Source of the DNA: a virus
DNA length: 64,000 nucleotides
Virus genome (UHGV): UHGV-0225074
Reading direction: 5' to 3' (one strand)
Positions within the stretch are counted from its first letter, which is position 1. The number at the start of each line of letters is the position of its first letter. Position numbers and translations under genes: made by a program. This document shows, one piece after another, positions 44,385-52,645 of this stretch. Under the pieces are notes generated by a model, which worked only from the letters and a program-made list of their open reading frames with translations, did no database searches and was not told where the DNA came from.

Positions 44385-45170
44385 ATGTCTACGTTTAAAC
44401 TTAACAACGGTCTGGTAGTTAACTCTGAATCAGAGATCGTACATAGTGTACCGGGTAAAAAATCCACAGCAAGAAAGGGTTATGTATTATATAAAGGCCC
44501 GTCAGTTCTGGATAAGGCCCCGATCGTGGTCATTGCTACAATGTCAACCGCTAACGATAAAACCGGCGATATGATCCAGACCTGGATCATGCGGGAAGAT
44601 GTTAGCCCACTGGAAGCGAGCGCAAACAAGCTTGATTCATCCGTTTGCGGTATGTGTCCCCATCGTACCAGCTTAAACGGCGCTTGTTATGTGACGTTGC
44701 ACCAGGCCCCGCTATCGGTCTGGAAGTCTTACAAAAAAGGCAACTATAAAGATCTTGATTCTCGCGATCTGGTACATTTTGCGGGTCGTCATATTCGTTT
44801 AGGTTCCTACGGTGATCCGGCGGCGGTTCCTTTTGAGGTATGGCAAAACATGATCAACCATACGCAAGGTAATACGGGGTACACTCACCAGATCCACCAT
44901 AAGAATTTTGATCATCGTATCGCTACTATTTGCCAGATCTCCGCTGATACGGAAAAGCAAGCGATCACAGCATGGCGCAAGGGTTATAAAACTTTCCGCG
45001 TGAAAACTCCCAATATGCGACGCCTGGAAGGGGAGATCACTTGCGTTAATACCACTCACAATATTAGCTGTTTAGATTGCGGGCTATGCGATGGTAAACG
45101 CGCCAACGTCGTGATCGACGTTCACGGCAGATCCGCAAAAAGATTCGATAAATTCGAACGTATCATTTGA
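44385..45170 (+). CDS. Cys-cluster protein (possible metal/Fe-S binding)
   Basis: RBS CGAGGTAAAAAGCA-ATG; 261 aa with CGMCPH, CYVTLH and CLDCGLCDG clusters. Confidence 0.55.
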   Translation: MSTFKLNNGLVVNSESEIVHSVPGKKSTARKGYVLYKGPSVLDKAPIVVIATMSTANDKTGDMIQTWIMREDVSPLEASANKLDSSVCGMCPHRTSLNGACYVTLHQAPLSVWKSYKKGNYKDLDSRDLVHFAGRHIRLGSYGDPAAVPFEVWQNMINHTQGNTGYTHQIHHKNFDHRIATICQISADTEKQAITAWRKGYKTFRVKTPNMRRLEGEITCVNTTHNISCLDCGLCDGKRANVVIDVHGRSAKRFDKFERII

Positions 45171-45238
45171 CACTAGGCCCGGAAAGGGCCTATAATTACC
45201 AGGCACCAACAAACTAAACACTAAACGAGGTAAATAAA

Positions 45239-45754
45239 ATGGGCTGGACCAGCATTTATTCTAATCTTAACAATAAAGAATTCGTAAAACACTATCTGAC
45301 AGATCCGCACGTTATTGATACCGCCATTGTGGGTAATGAAGTCTATCAACTTGCAATGACCGGAGATAAACAAAATCTTTACATCCGTGTAACTATCCTT
45401 TCCCGTAAAGATGGGCAAGTGTTCTATAAAGATATGGATGAATCTTGCGGCCCGTTTTATTACAAGTGTCCCTCACGTATCCTTAACAGATCGACACAAA
45501 ACGATCCAAGATCTATCGAGTGGCGCGGAATATGCCGCGAGCAAGCCCGATTGAAGAAAGAAAAGAATACTTTAAAAGACCAGATTAAGGCGCTTGCAAA
45601 AGGATCACGCGTGGAAATGGTATCCGGTCGTGTGGTTGTCTTTGAGTTCCCCCATAACCGCGCCCGATTTGCTGGACGTCTGGCGGATGTTGCACCAGGT
45701 AAACAAAATTCCCTTTTTGCATGGTCTTATAAAGACGTTGCAAAGATTCTTTAA
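45239..45754 (+). CDS. hypothetical protein
   Basis: RBS ACGAGGTAAATAAA-ATG; 171 aa. Confidence 0.5.
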   Translation: MGWTSIYSNLNNKEFVKHYLTDPHVIDTAIVGNEVYQLAMTGDKQNLYIRVTILSRKDGQVFYKDMDESCGPFYYKCPSRILNRSTQNDPRSIEWRGICREQARLKKEKNTLKDQIKALAKGSRVEMVSGRVVVFEFPHNRARFAGRLADVAPGKQNSLFAWSYKDVAKIL

Positions 45755-45813
45755 ACCGCTATACTGATTAAAGCCGGGGAATTGTCCCCGGCATAACCTA
45801 AAAGGTAAACAAA

Positions 45814-46191
45814 ATGGCTTACATGAATAAAGAAAAGAAAGCGAAAATTGTCGAAGCGGTGAAAGCTGTATTGCCAAAAGGTTGGAAAGCAACATTTGCG
45901 ATCCGTCACTATTCAACTATTGTTTGCACTATCCGATCCGCGCCGCTGGATCTCAAAGATGCCTTTCATCGTTCCCGTGATGATTGGGATTTTCTAACGA
46001 TCAATACCTATCACGCTGAAAAGCAATGTAAGAATAAAGATATCGCCGATAAATTAGAAAAAATCATTGCGGCGTTAAATCTTGATAATTACGATAACAG
46101 CGATATAATGACAGATTACTTTGATGTTGGTCATTATGTAGATCTTAAGTTCGGATCATGGGATAAGCCATTTAAAAACAGTGCTGCGTAA
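45814..46191 (+). CDS. hypothetical protein
   Basis: RBS AAAAGGTAAACAAA-ATG; 125 aa. Confidence 0.5.
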   Translation: MAYMNKEKKAKIVEAVKAVLPKGWKATFAIRHYSTIVCTIRSAPLDLKDAFHRSRDDWDFLTINTYHAEKQCKNKDIADKLEKIIAALNLDNYDNSDIMTDYFDVGHYVDLKFGSWDKPFKNSAA

Positions 46192-46192
46192 T

Positions 46193-46555
46193 ATGAAAGA
46201 ATTGTTGATTCTACTCATATTTTGTTATTATGCAAAAATCCACGCCAGGATCTGGCGTGTTATAAAATGGTTTTACTACTGGTACAGGGTTAAAACAATG
46301 TTCCATTATATAGAGTATCGCTTCCAGGGGGAGGAGTACCACACCAGGCGATCCGGGCCGTTGAATGATCTGGAGGGTAGCGGCCTGATATGTGAGATTA
46401 AACACCGGGGCGGCGTGGTCCTGGTACATAAAGAGGGATCCTTCGACTACATCGAAGAGCTGATCGAATATCGCAAAAAACAGATCGCAGAATGGCGAGC
46501 GGAAACATACAACCACAGAGGATCAAAATATGACAGCAAAAAGCCGCAACTTTGA
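46193..46555 (+). CDS. hypothetical protein with N-terminal TM segment
   Basis: ATG 46193 right after the upstream stop (coupled); LLILLIFCYYAKIHA. Confidence 0.45.
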   Translation: MKELLILLIFCYYAKIHARIWRVIKWFYYWYRVKTMFHYIEYRFQGEEYHTRRSGPLNDLEGSGLICEIKHRGGVVLVHKEGSFDYIEELIEYRKKQIAEWRAETYNHRGSKYDSKKPQL

Positions 46556-46745
46556 GAAGATGACAAGCCAGCGTGATCGCCTTGCCTTTGGTGAGACTAA
46601 CGAGCGGCGCGAGCGTAACAACAAACGGCATAAGCCGGAACGGATCGCGGTTCAATGGTCGCCGGACCAGTATGATCCGAAGTTGAATAAACGCCTTGCG
46701 GATCGTAAGCGTAATTTGCAGCGATACGCCGTAGCAGGTGAATAA
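46530..46745 (+). CDS. small basic protein
   Basis: SD GAGGAT; 71 aa Arg/Lys-rich. Confidence 0.4.
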   Translation: MTAKSRNFEKMTSQRDRLAFGETNERRERNNKRHKPERIAVQWSPDQYDPKLNKRLADRKRNLQRYAVAGE

Positions 46746-46750
46746 CCAGG

Positions 46751-46775
46751 CCGGGGAATTATCCCCGGTTTTTTT
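46751..46775 (+). terminator. rho-independent terminator
   Basis: CCGGGG-AATTAT-CCCCGG then TTTTTTT. Confidence 0.6.
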
Positions 46776-46804
46776 ATGCAAAAAAGTGAATTTAGCGAGA
46801 TCTC
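46775..46804 (+). promoter_or_regulatory. conserved intergenic box, copy A (TATGCAAAAAAGTGAAT-N7-GAGATCTC)
   Basis: One of three near-identical boxes (also 49921 and 52111), each after a terminator and before the next operon. Confidence 0.5.
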
Positions 46805-47078
46805 AGCGTAGCAATGCACTTACCAGGGTTACAGATTGAAGCGCTTAGAATTGATTTGAGGGCGTTTTAGAGGGTATCCGATAACCGCGCCCCGCTAAAA
46901 ACGTCGCAAATTTAGTTTCATGCTGAAACTAATTGCATAATAGCGATTTTCTATGCATATCGCTGCATATGAGAACAGTTCTCAACAATTCTTAAAAATA
47001 TTTGTTGCATCCTGGCGGCGTTATGTTATCCTTTAATCAGTGGCGGAATTCACCGCCACACTGAAAAAGGTAAACAAC

Positions 47079-47363
47079 ATGCAAAACGTAAAATCTAACA
47101 TCGCCGCCCTTGAATCAGAATTCCTTGGTAAAATGGTTTATCATAACTATGGTCAAATCGCTTTTGGTGTGGTAACCGGAATCGATGACCGCGATCCAAA
47201 TAAATTACGTTTGCGTGTAAAGTTTACCCGCAACAATACTCCGGCGCATATCAAAAAATATGACAACCGCGCGGATCGTGTTCGTTGCTTACTCCCTCAA
47301 TCTGTTACCGTGTCCCGTGTTCAATATGGGATCTATAATCAGACAAACCAGATCAACAAATAA
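47079..47363 (+). CDS. hypothetical protein
   Basis: RBS AAAAGGTAAACAAC-ATG at 47079. Confidence 0.5.
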   Translation: MQNVKSNIAALESEFLGKMVYHNYGQIAFGVVTGIDDRDPNKLRLRVKFTRNNTPAHIKKYDNRADRVRCLLPQSVTVSRVQYGIYNQTNQINK

Positions 47364-47401
47364 TCAATAGCGGGGCCTTGCGCCCCATTAAGGCGGTTAA
47401 C

Positions 47402-47620
47402 ATGTTCGGATTTATTTTATTAGCTTGTCATATTTCTGTTAGTTCGATGTCATTACAATGTGATTGGACTGTAAAGAAAGTTTTTGATGACGAACAAGCT
47501 TGCGAAGTGTACGAAAACAGCTACACTTTGAAAAAGGGTGAGCAGGTGGGGATCTGCGATACGTTAGATCCTGGCGTCAAAGAGGGTGACAAGCGCCCGA
47601 TCATTACTCTGAAAAAATAA
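47402..47620 (+). CDS. small secreted/lipoprotein-like protein (paralogue 1)
   Basis: AAGGCGGTTAAC-ATG; N-terminal MFGFILLACH signal; conserved QCD...ACEV motif shared with the next gene. Confidence 0.45.
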   Translation: MFGFILLACHISVSSMSLQCDWTVKKVFDDEQACEVYENSYTLKKGEQVGICDTLDPGVKEGDKRPIITLKK

Positions 47621-47630
47621 GGCGGTTAAC

Positions 47631-47834
47631 ATGTTTGAAGTATTCGCGGGTATGTGTTTTTATAGTGCGCTGGCTTTAAAACAGTGTGACGATTATGTAG
47701 TAGAAAGCTATGATGATCAATTGACGTGCGAGATCGTCGCCGTTGACTATCAGCGCCAGGGGCGCTGGATTAATCCAGCGTGCATACCATCGCCGGAAGT
47801 CGAACCGATGCCGGAAAGCGAAAATAATCATTGA
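47631..47834 (+). CDS. small secreted-like protein (paralogue 2)
   Basis: Identical upstream AAGGCGGTTAAC-ATG; KQCDDYVV...TCEIVAV parallels the previous gene. Confidence 0.45.
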   Translation: MFEVFAGMCFYSALALKQCDDYVVESYDDQLTCEIVAVDYQRQGRWINPACIPSPEVEPMPESENNH

Positions 47835-47905
47835 TCCTCCGGCCCGGTTAGGTTATATTACTTGGACCGGGCAAGATTGGCCCACTAACAAAAAGGTAAA
47901 ATAGT

Positions 47906-48229
47906 ATGGAAAAGGCAAACAAATTTTTCTTTCTGGAAAATGTTAACGATAATGTTAATTGTGACTTTAATCGCCAGGGTGAAAAAACTATGTTAGTATT
48001 TTGTCATGAGAATGACAGCGAACAAGCGGACCGTTTAACTGTCCTGATCCGTACTGAAAAATCTATTCAATCCCATAGCGGAAAACTTGAAAACCGTCAT
48101 TTTATCGCCTACACTCTTGAAAGAAGCGGAGTAACAATAAAACAGGCTGACAGCCTGCCGATAACTACCCCGGATCTGGTCTGGATGTTTACAACTGCTA
48201 TTGTTAACGATGTTTTTCGTGCTAACTGA
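47906..48229 (+). CDS. hypothetical protein
   Basis: RBS AAAAGGTAAAATAGT-ATG. Confidence 0.5.
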   Translation: MEKANKFFFLENVNDNVNCDFNRQGEKTMLVFCHENDSEQADRLTVLIRTEKSIQSHSGKLENRHFIAYTLERSGVTIKQADSLPITTPDLVWMFTTAIVNDVFRAN

Positions 48230-48245
48230 TTGAGAAAATTAATCT

Positions 48246-48279
48246 AAAAAGTCGCTTGCAAACGTGAGCGACTTTTATT
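48246..48279 (+). terminator. rho-independent terminator
   Basis: AGTCGCT-loop-AGCGACT then TTTTATT. Confidence 0.5.
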
Positions 48280-48335
48280 ATGCTTAATGTGTAGGGCGGC
48301 AATGATGCGACGGCCCACAAATCGAGGTAAACAGA

Positions 48336-49106
48336 ATGACTACTAAAATCACCGTTACTTATTACATCGACTCCGGCAAGCTGAATGCAATGTATACCCT
48401 CCGCCGCCGTAACTGTGGTGGCGGCGTTTTTGCAGATTCTTACATTTGCAATCTTTCAACCGATCCCCAGAAAGCAGAAAATAAAGCAAAGGAATATTTT
48501 GATCGAGTAACCGCCCGGATCGCCAATACAGAAAACTTTGAGCAAGTTTTTGCAGGCTACGCGGATTTTGAGCTGGGGCAACGTCGCGGTAAATTGTCGA
48601 TCGTCGATACCGCGCGGATCGAAGAAATCGAAGCGGGGCGCTTTCCGTTTGGCAAGCATTGCGGTAAAACGTTTGCCGATGTTAAAGAATCCTATGTTTT
48701 ATTTTTTGCTGATATGGCAAACAAGCCAGACAACGGCCCGGTAATGGAAGCATTAAGCGCGGCATGTTTGGGTTATGCCCTTGATCATGGTTACATTGCA
48801 GCCCGTGACCAAAAACGCGCCGAGCGTAAAGCCGAGGATTTAAAAAGCAACTGGATCGGCAACATTGGCGATCGCCTGGTTTTTGAGGGTGAGATCGTTT
48901 TCTCCTATCTCAAAATTGATGAATGGAATCAATCATCATACTATATTATCAAAGTCCGCCAGGGTGATGACCTGGTAACATACATCGGATCAAAAGAGTT
49001 CGGCCCGGTTGGCGCGGTTGTTAAGTTTAAAGCCACCGTTAAAAAACATGATACCTATCAAGACGTTAAAACAACCGTTGTAAACCGTCCCGCCATTGTG
49101 GCATAA
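48336..49106 (+). CDS. hypothetical protein
   Basis: RBS TCGAGGTAAACAGA-ATG; 256 aa. Confidence 0.55.
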   Translation: MTTKITVTYYIDSGKLNAMYTLRRRNCGGGVFADSYICNLSTDPQKAENKAKEYFDRVTARIANTENFEQVFAGYADFELGQRRGKLSIVDTARIEEIEAGRFPFGKHCGKTFADVKESYVLFFADMANKPDNGPVMEALSAACLGYALDHGYIAARDQKRAERKAEDLKSNWIGNIGDRLVFEGEIVFSYLKIDEWNQSSYYIIKVRQGDDLVTYIGSKEFGPVGAVVKFKATVKKHDTYQDVKTTVVNRPAIVA

Positions 49107-49116
49107 TGTACACCAG

Positions 49117-49141
49117 GCCCCGGATCGCCGGGGCAACTTTT
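49117..49141 (+). terminator. GC hairpin / weak terminator
   Basis: GCCCCGG-ATCG-CCGGGGC then AACTTTT. Confidence 0.4.
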
Positions 49142-49301
49142 ACTGGTAAATGCAAATGATACGTTTTCTCAATATGCGATCTGGTAAAATTTATCGCTGG
49201 ATTGAAAACCGTGTTTTAGTTGAAACGCCTAAAGGCTGGCGACGTGTAGATCACTTGCGCCCCGCCGATCTGGCTTGCTTTCCTTTCATGGGGATCAAAA
49301 A

Positions 49302-49769
49302 ATGATTAGTGTACGAATGTTTTATTACGATGAATTATCAGACCAGGCAAAAGCCGCCGCCCGCGCTAACGTTGTGATCCCCGAGGTGGAAGCACTGATC
49401 CGTAATGTTGGCAACGCTCGCCAGGCCTGGAAGGAAAACATTCACCGGGCAATTAATGACCCTTATCACGTCCGCCGGATCTACAATGGACAAATGGCGC
49501 TTTACAAAATCCGGCACCAGGGCGAGGCTTATTTGATACCCTACATCCGGCAAAACTGCACAATTTATCTGGCCGATGGATCATATGTTTACTATGATTG
49601 CAACAAAAAACGGATCGCTATTGTTAACAGTGGTTATCATGGATTATTACCCGACGATCTCCAGGTGGCGGCGCGTGATGAATATGTAAGAGTAAACGAT
49701 CGAGGCCCGGCATACTTTAGAAAATTATATTCCGACATTGCAAAGGCGAAGAGATCCGGCCTGGCATGA
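49302..49769 (+). CDS. hypothetical protein
   Basis: Start at ATG 49302 (GGGGATCAAAAA-ATG); 155 aa. Confidence 0.5.
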   Translation: MISVRMFYYDELSDQAKAAARANVVIPEVEALIRNVGNARQAWKENIHRAINDPYHVRRIYNGQMALYKIRHQGEAYLIPYIRQNCTIYLADGSYVYYDCNKKRIAIVNSGYHGLLPDDLQVAARDEYVRVNDRGPAYFRKLYSDIAKAKRSGLA

Positions 49770-49920
49770 TAGGCAAAATCTTTACAATTCCAGGGCTTGC
49801 TTTCGGTCCTGGTTTTTGCTATTCTTTGTTTGAAGCGGCAACGATGGACACCGGAGGAAAGTCACCGGAGGTGCCCGCTATTCCGGTAATGAGAATTACT
49901 CTCAACAACGCCTAAAATCT

Positions 49921-49950
49921 TATGCAAAATAGTGAATATGGCGAGATCTC
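49921..49950 (+). promoter_or_regulatory. conserved intergenic box, copy B (TATGCAAAATAGTGAAT-N7-GAGATCTC)
   Basis: Second copy of the box; followed by an AATTGCATAGCGAT element and a sigma70 promoter. Confidence 0.5.
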
Positions 49951-50137
49951 CGATAAAATGGACTAGGGTACAGCCTGGACGAAAAACCGCTTAAAACTCG
50001 TTACAGGGCGTTTAAAGGCCATATAAAAACAACTTGACACGGGAAAACGGCTAAAAAGTAATTTCACCATGAAATCAATTGCATAGCGATGCATAAAGAT
50101 GCAAAAAGTGAATAATGTAAAGATACGTAAAGAGCTA

Positions 50138-50166
50138 TTGACAGCGATCCCCGCTTATATTATTAT
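50138..50166 (+). promoter_or_regulatory. sigma70 promoter
   Basis: TTGACA, 17 nt, TATTAT, 50 nt upstream of ATG 50216. Confidence 0.55.
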
Positions 50167-50215
50167 TTATCTCGTAGGGCAAACAAACGAAAACAACTTA
50201 ACGAGGTAAACGAAA

Positions 50216-50575
50216 ATGACTATCATCAATCTGAATTCTACTGTTAAAGGTAAAGATTTTGGCGGCGTAGTAGATCATGATCCGATGTGGTCACTTTCAG
50301 TTTTCAAAGGCGATTTAATCGACGTCGTTACCCTGGACGGCCCGAGCGACGATTACAAATGTGAAATTCGTCTCACTAACTGGTACACTAACAAAACTTA
50401 TGCTCTTGATCGTGTGATTATCGGTAGAATTGAATCACTGACAGACGAAGAGACCGGACAAGATTTTGATTATTATATCAATAGCTCTGATCGCGCTGAT
50501 CGCCTCCTGCAAAAGATTAAAGAAAAAGGCGTTATTGATTTAGCTCTTTGGGTAGACGTTACAGAAAGCAATTAA
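50216..50575 (+). CDS. hypothetical protein
   Basis: RBS ACGAGGTAAACGAAA-ATG. Confidence 0.5.
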   Translation: MTIINLNSTVKGKDFGGVVDHDPMWSLSVFKGDLIDVVTLDGPSDDYKCEIRLTNWYTNKTYALDRVIIGRIESLTDEETGQDFDYYINSSDRADRLLQKIKEKGVIDLALWVDVTESN

Positions 50576-50586
50576 GTTAACAGATT

Positions 50587-50614
50587 AAAAGGCGTTTAGA
50601 TGAGCGCCTTTTGA
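50587..50614 (+). terminator. hairpin / weak terminator
   Basis: AAGGCG-loop-CGCCTT then TTTG. Confidence 0.4.
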
Positions 50615-50651
50615 TAAGTTATCACCAACAATCAAAAGAGGTAAAAAAACA

Positions 50652-50966
50652 ATGACCAAATTAAAATTTTTCGAAATGCTGGATCGTTGTCTCGCAAGTC
50701 ATAACTCTTGGTCAAAATTGACTGGCGACGGTGAAAAATATAACGTAGCTCAATTAAAACCTTATGTTTTTCATGAAGATCCGGCAAAACTTGCGGCATA
50801 TCGGGAACAAGATCCAGATTATGCCTGGACTTCTCATGCTTCAGGGTTTACCCTTGCTGATTGTTGGCATATTGAAGCAATGCAACATAAAACCGCCGAG
50901 GCGGCAGAAAAGCAAGCCAAGATTTTTACCCGCTGGATCGCTGAATATAAAGAGCTTAACAAATAA
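50652..50966 (+). CDS. hypothetical protein
   Basis: RBS AGAGGTAAAAAAACA-ATG. Confidence 0.5.
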   Translation: MTKLKFFEMLDRCLASHNSWSKLTGDGEKYNVAQLKPYVFHEDPAKLAAYREQDPDYAWTSHASGFTLADCWHIEAMQHKTAEAAEKQAKIFTRWIAEYKELNK

Positions 50967-51014
50967 TTAAACCGGGGCGCTAGCCGCCCCGCTATCCTTT
51001 GAGGTAAAGCAATT

Positions 51015-51245
51015 ATGATTAATATTAGTGTTGACAAGTTAGCCGAAATCATCCAGAAAGCAGGCGATGAAAAATACGGCGTAAATGATTGTTATTTCAT
51101 CGGGCAGTATGAGGACGGTCGCTATTATGGCGTGTTGTCTAACAAGGTGAAAAGCCGTAGCAGTGCCGCACAATTGCGCCGCCCGGATTTTTTCGAACAA
51201 AAAGGCCTGAAAGTAATCAAAGTAATGAAACGCAAAAAAGGCTAA
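51015..51245 (+). CDS. hypothetical protein
   Basis: RBS TGAGGTAAAGCAATT-ATG. Confidence 0.5.
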   Translation: MINISVDKLAEIIQKAGDEKYGVNDCYFIGQYEDGRYYGVLSNKVKSRSSAAQLRRPDFFEQKGLKVIKVMKRKKG

Positions 51246-51457
51246 TGATTATGAAAACTGTAAAAGCAAAAGATTTAAAAAGCGGAATGATCATCGAATT
51301 ACCGGACATCGCCCCAGGCTTTAAGCCGGGTAGCGTCCTCATCACACAAATAGAAATCGAAGCGCCTCACATTGTGGAAGTATCTTTCTATTACAAAACT
51401 CGCTATATGGCTGATCTTTATCACCCTGAGGCGGAATTTAAATTAATCAGTGAATGA
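51245..51457 (+). CDS. hypothetical protein
   Basis: TAATG coupling with upstream gene. Confidence 0.45.
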   Translation: MIMKTVKAKDLKSGMIIELPDIAPGFKPGSVLITQIEIEAPHIVEVSFYYKTRYMADLYHPEAEFKLISE

Positions 51458-51467
51458 GGTAAAAGCT

Positions 51468-51788
51468 ATGTTTCTGTTTAATCAATTCGACACGCCAGAA
51501 AAAGCCCTTGATTATTTGTTGACAAAAGGCGAAAACTCATATCGTGGTAGTGCTCATGTGTGGCTAGTTTATCGCCAACTTGGATCGAGCATGAAAGCAA
51601 CGGGCGCACACCCTATCACGCGCCGTGATCTGGAAAACAGGATCTATAAAGTTGCATTCTGTAATGATTCCGTGTCTATAGAGTTTTTAGATTGTATCTT
51701 TATCAATCACATAACAGGCCGATCATTTCCTGATCCAGTACGTTGCCAGGTTGTCAGATATCCATCTAATGAGGTTGTAACATGTTAA
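51468..51788 (+). CDS. hypothetical protein
   Basis: RBS TGAGGTAAAAGCT-ATG at 51468 (the ORF track GTG at 51450). Confidence 0.45.
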   Translation: MFLFNQFDTPEKALDYLLTKGENSYRGSAHVWLVYRQLGSSMKATGAHPITRRDLENRIYKVAFCNDSVSIEFLDCIFINHITGRSFPDPVRCQVVRYPSNEVVTC

Positions 51789-52015
51789 AAATTGATGACG
51801 CGATAACATACGCCACGGATCACGGTTGCAAAGTATCAGATGATTTTATTCGTAAGGGTACAAGACTTAAAGCATTCTATGTTATGGATGGAATAATCCA
51901 GGTTATGATCACTCAGTGCCATAAAGGGGCGCGGCGCTATCGTGTGAACGGCGAAGAGTACAGCCGAGCGCAAGCAATAATTTCCGCTGTAAACTATCTA
52001 AAACAATATGGTTAG
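51782..52015 (+). CDS. hypothetical protein
   Basis: SD GAGGT; last gene of the plus-strand block. Confidence 0.45.
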   Translation: MLKIDDAITYATDHGCKVSDDFIRKGTRLKAFYVMDGIIQVMITQCHKGARRYRVNGEEYSRAQAIISAVNYLKQYG

Positions 52016-52037
52016 CCAGTCATAAGACAACCACACA

Positions 52038-52068
52038 AAGGCCAGGTTTTTACCTGGCTTTTCTCTTT
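52038..52068 (+). terminator. rho-independent terminator ending the plus-strand block
   Basis: GCCAGGT-TTTT-ACCTGGC then TTTTCTCTTT. Confidence 0.55.
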
Positions 52069-52110
52069 GCAGATCCACACCATAAACAACCCACACCACG
52101 GCCCCACCGC

Positions 52111-52139
52111 TATGCAAAAAAGTGCATAATTGAGATCTA
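52111..52139 (+). promoter_or_regulatory. conserved intergenic box, copy C (TATGCAAAAAAGTGCAT-N5-GAGATCT)
   Basis: Third copy; followed by GAGGGTAACCGATAACCACGC, matching copy A GAGGGTATCCGATAACCGCGC. Confidence 0.45.
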
Positions 52140-52397
52140 ACACAAGACATACCATGATGAGGGTAACCGATAACCACGCTCAAAACGCTTTATATTGCGT
52201 TTAATTGTGTGTCGGTCCTGGCTTTTCACCCCACAACCCCACCTAATTAATAACGCATGTTATTAACTGAATAAATCATGCATTTCTATGCACTGGAAGT
52301 GAATATGAGCATAAATCAATATAATGATAACTTTTCTCATCTAACCTATTGTGTGAACTGGTTTTATTGAGCATAAAAATAAAATCTTGTCAAATAA

Positions 52398-52645
52398 AAA
52401 TCGTTCGCGTAATCGTGGGGAGTGGCGCGAGCGTAGCGAGCGACACAATAACACGGGAGTAACTCAAATGATAATCCTTATCATTTTCGTTCGCGTTATC
52501 GTGGCTCGTAGACGCTACGATTAAAAGCGAAATAGTAACATAATTTATCATTACATCCGTAATGATTAGCAAGATCATTTTATCACATCGCCACGATAAC
52601 ACCGATCACGCTCTGCGTGATCGCTCCCGTGTTATTGTGTCGGTA
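52398..52645. repeat. iteron/inverted-repeat cluster in the 1.9 kb non-coding region
   Basis: Perfect 19-bp inverted repeat CGACACAATAACACGGGAG (52441-52459 vs 52624-52642); direct repeat TCGTTCGCGT(A/T)ATCGTGG at 52401 and 52487 with an inverted partial copy at 52589; hairpins AAATGATAA-TCC-TTATCATTT (52466-52486) and TCGTAG-ACG-CTACGA. Confidence 0.65.
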
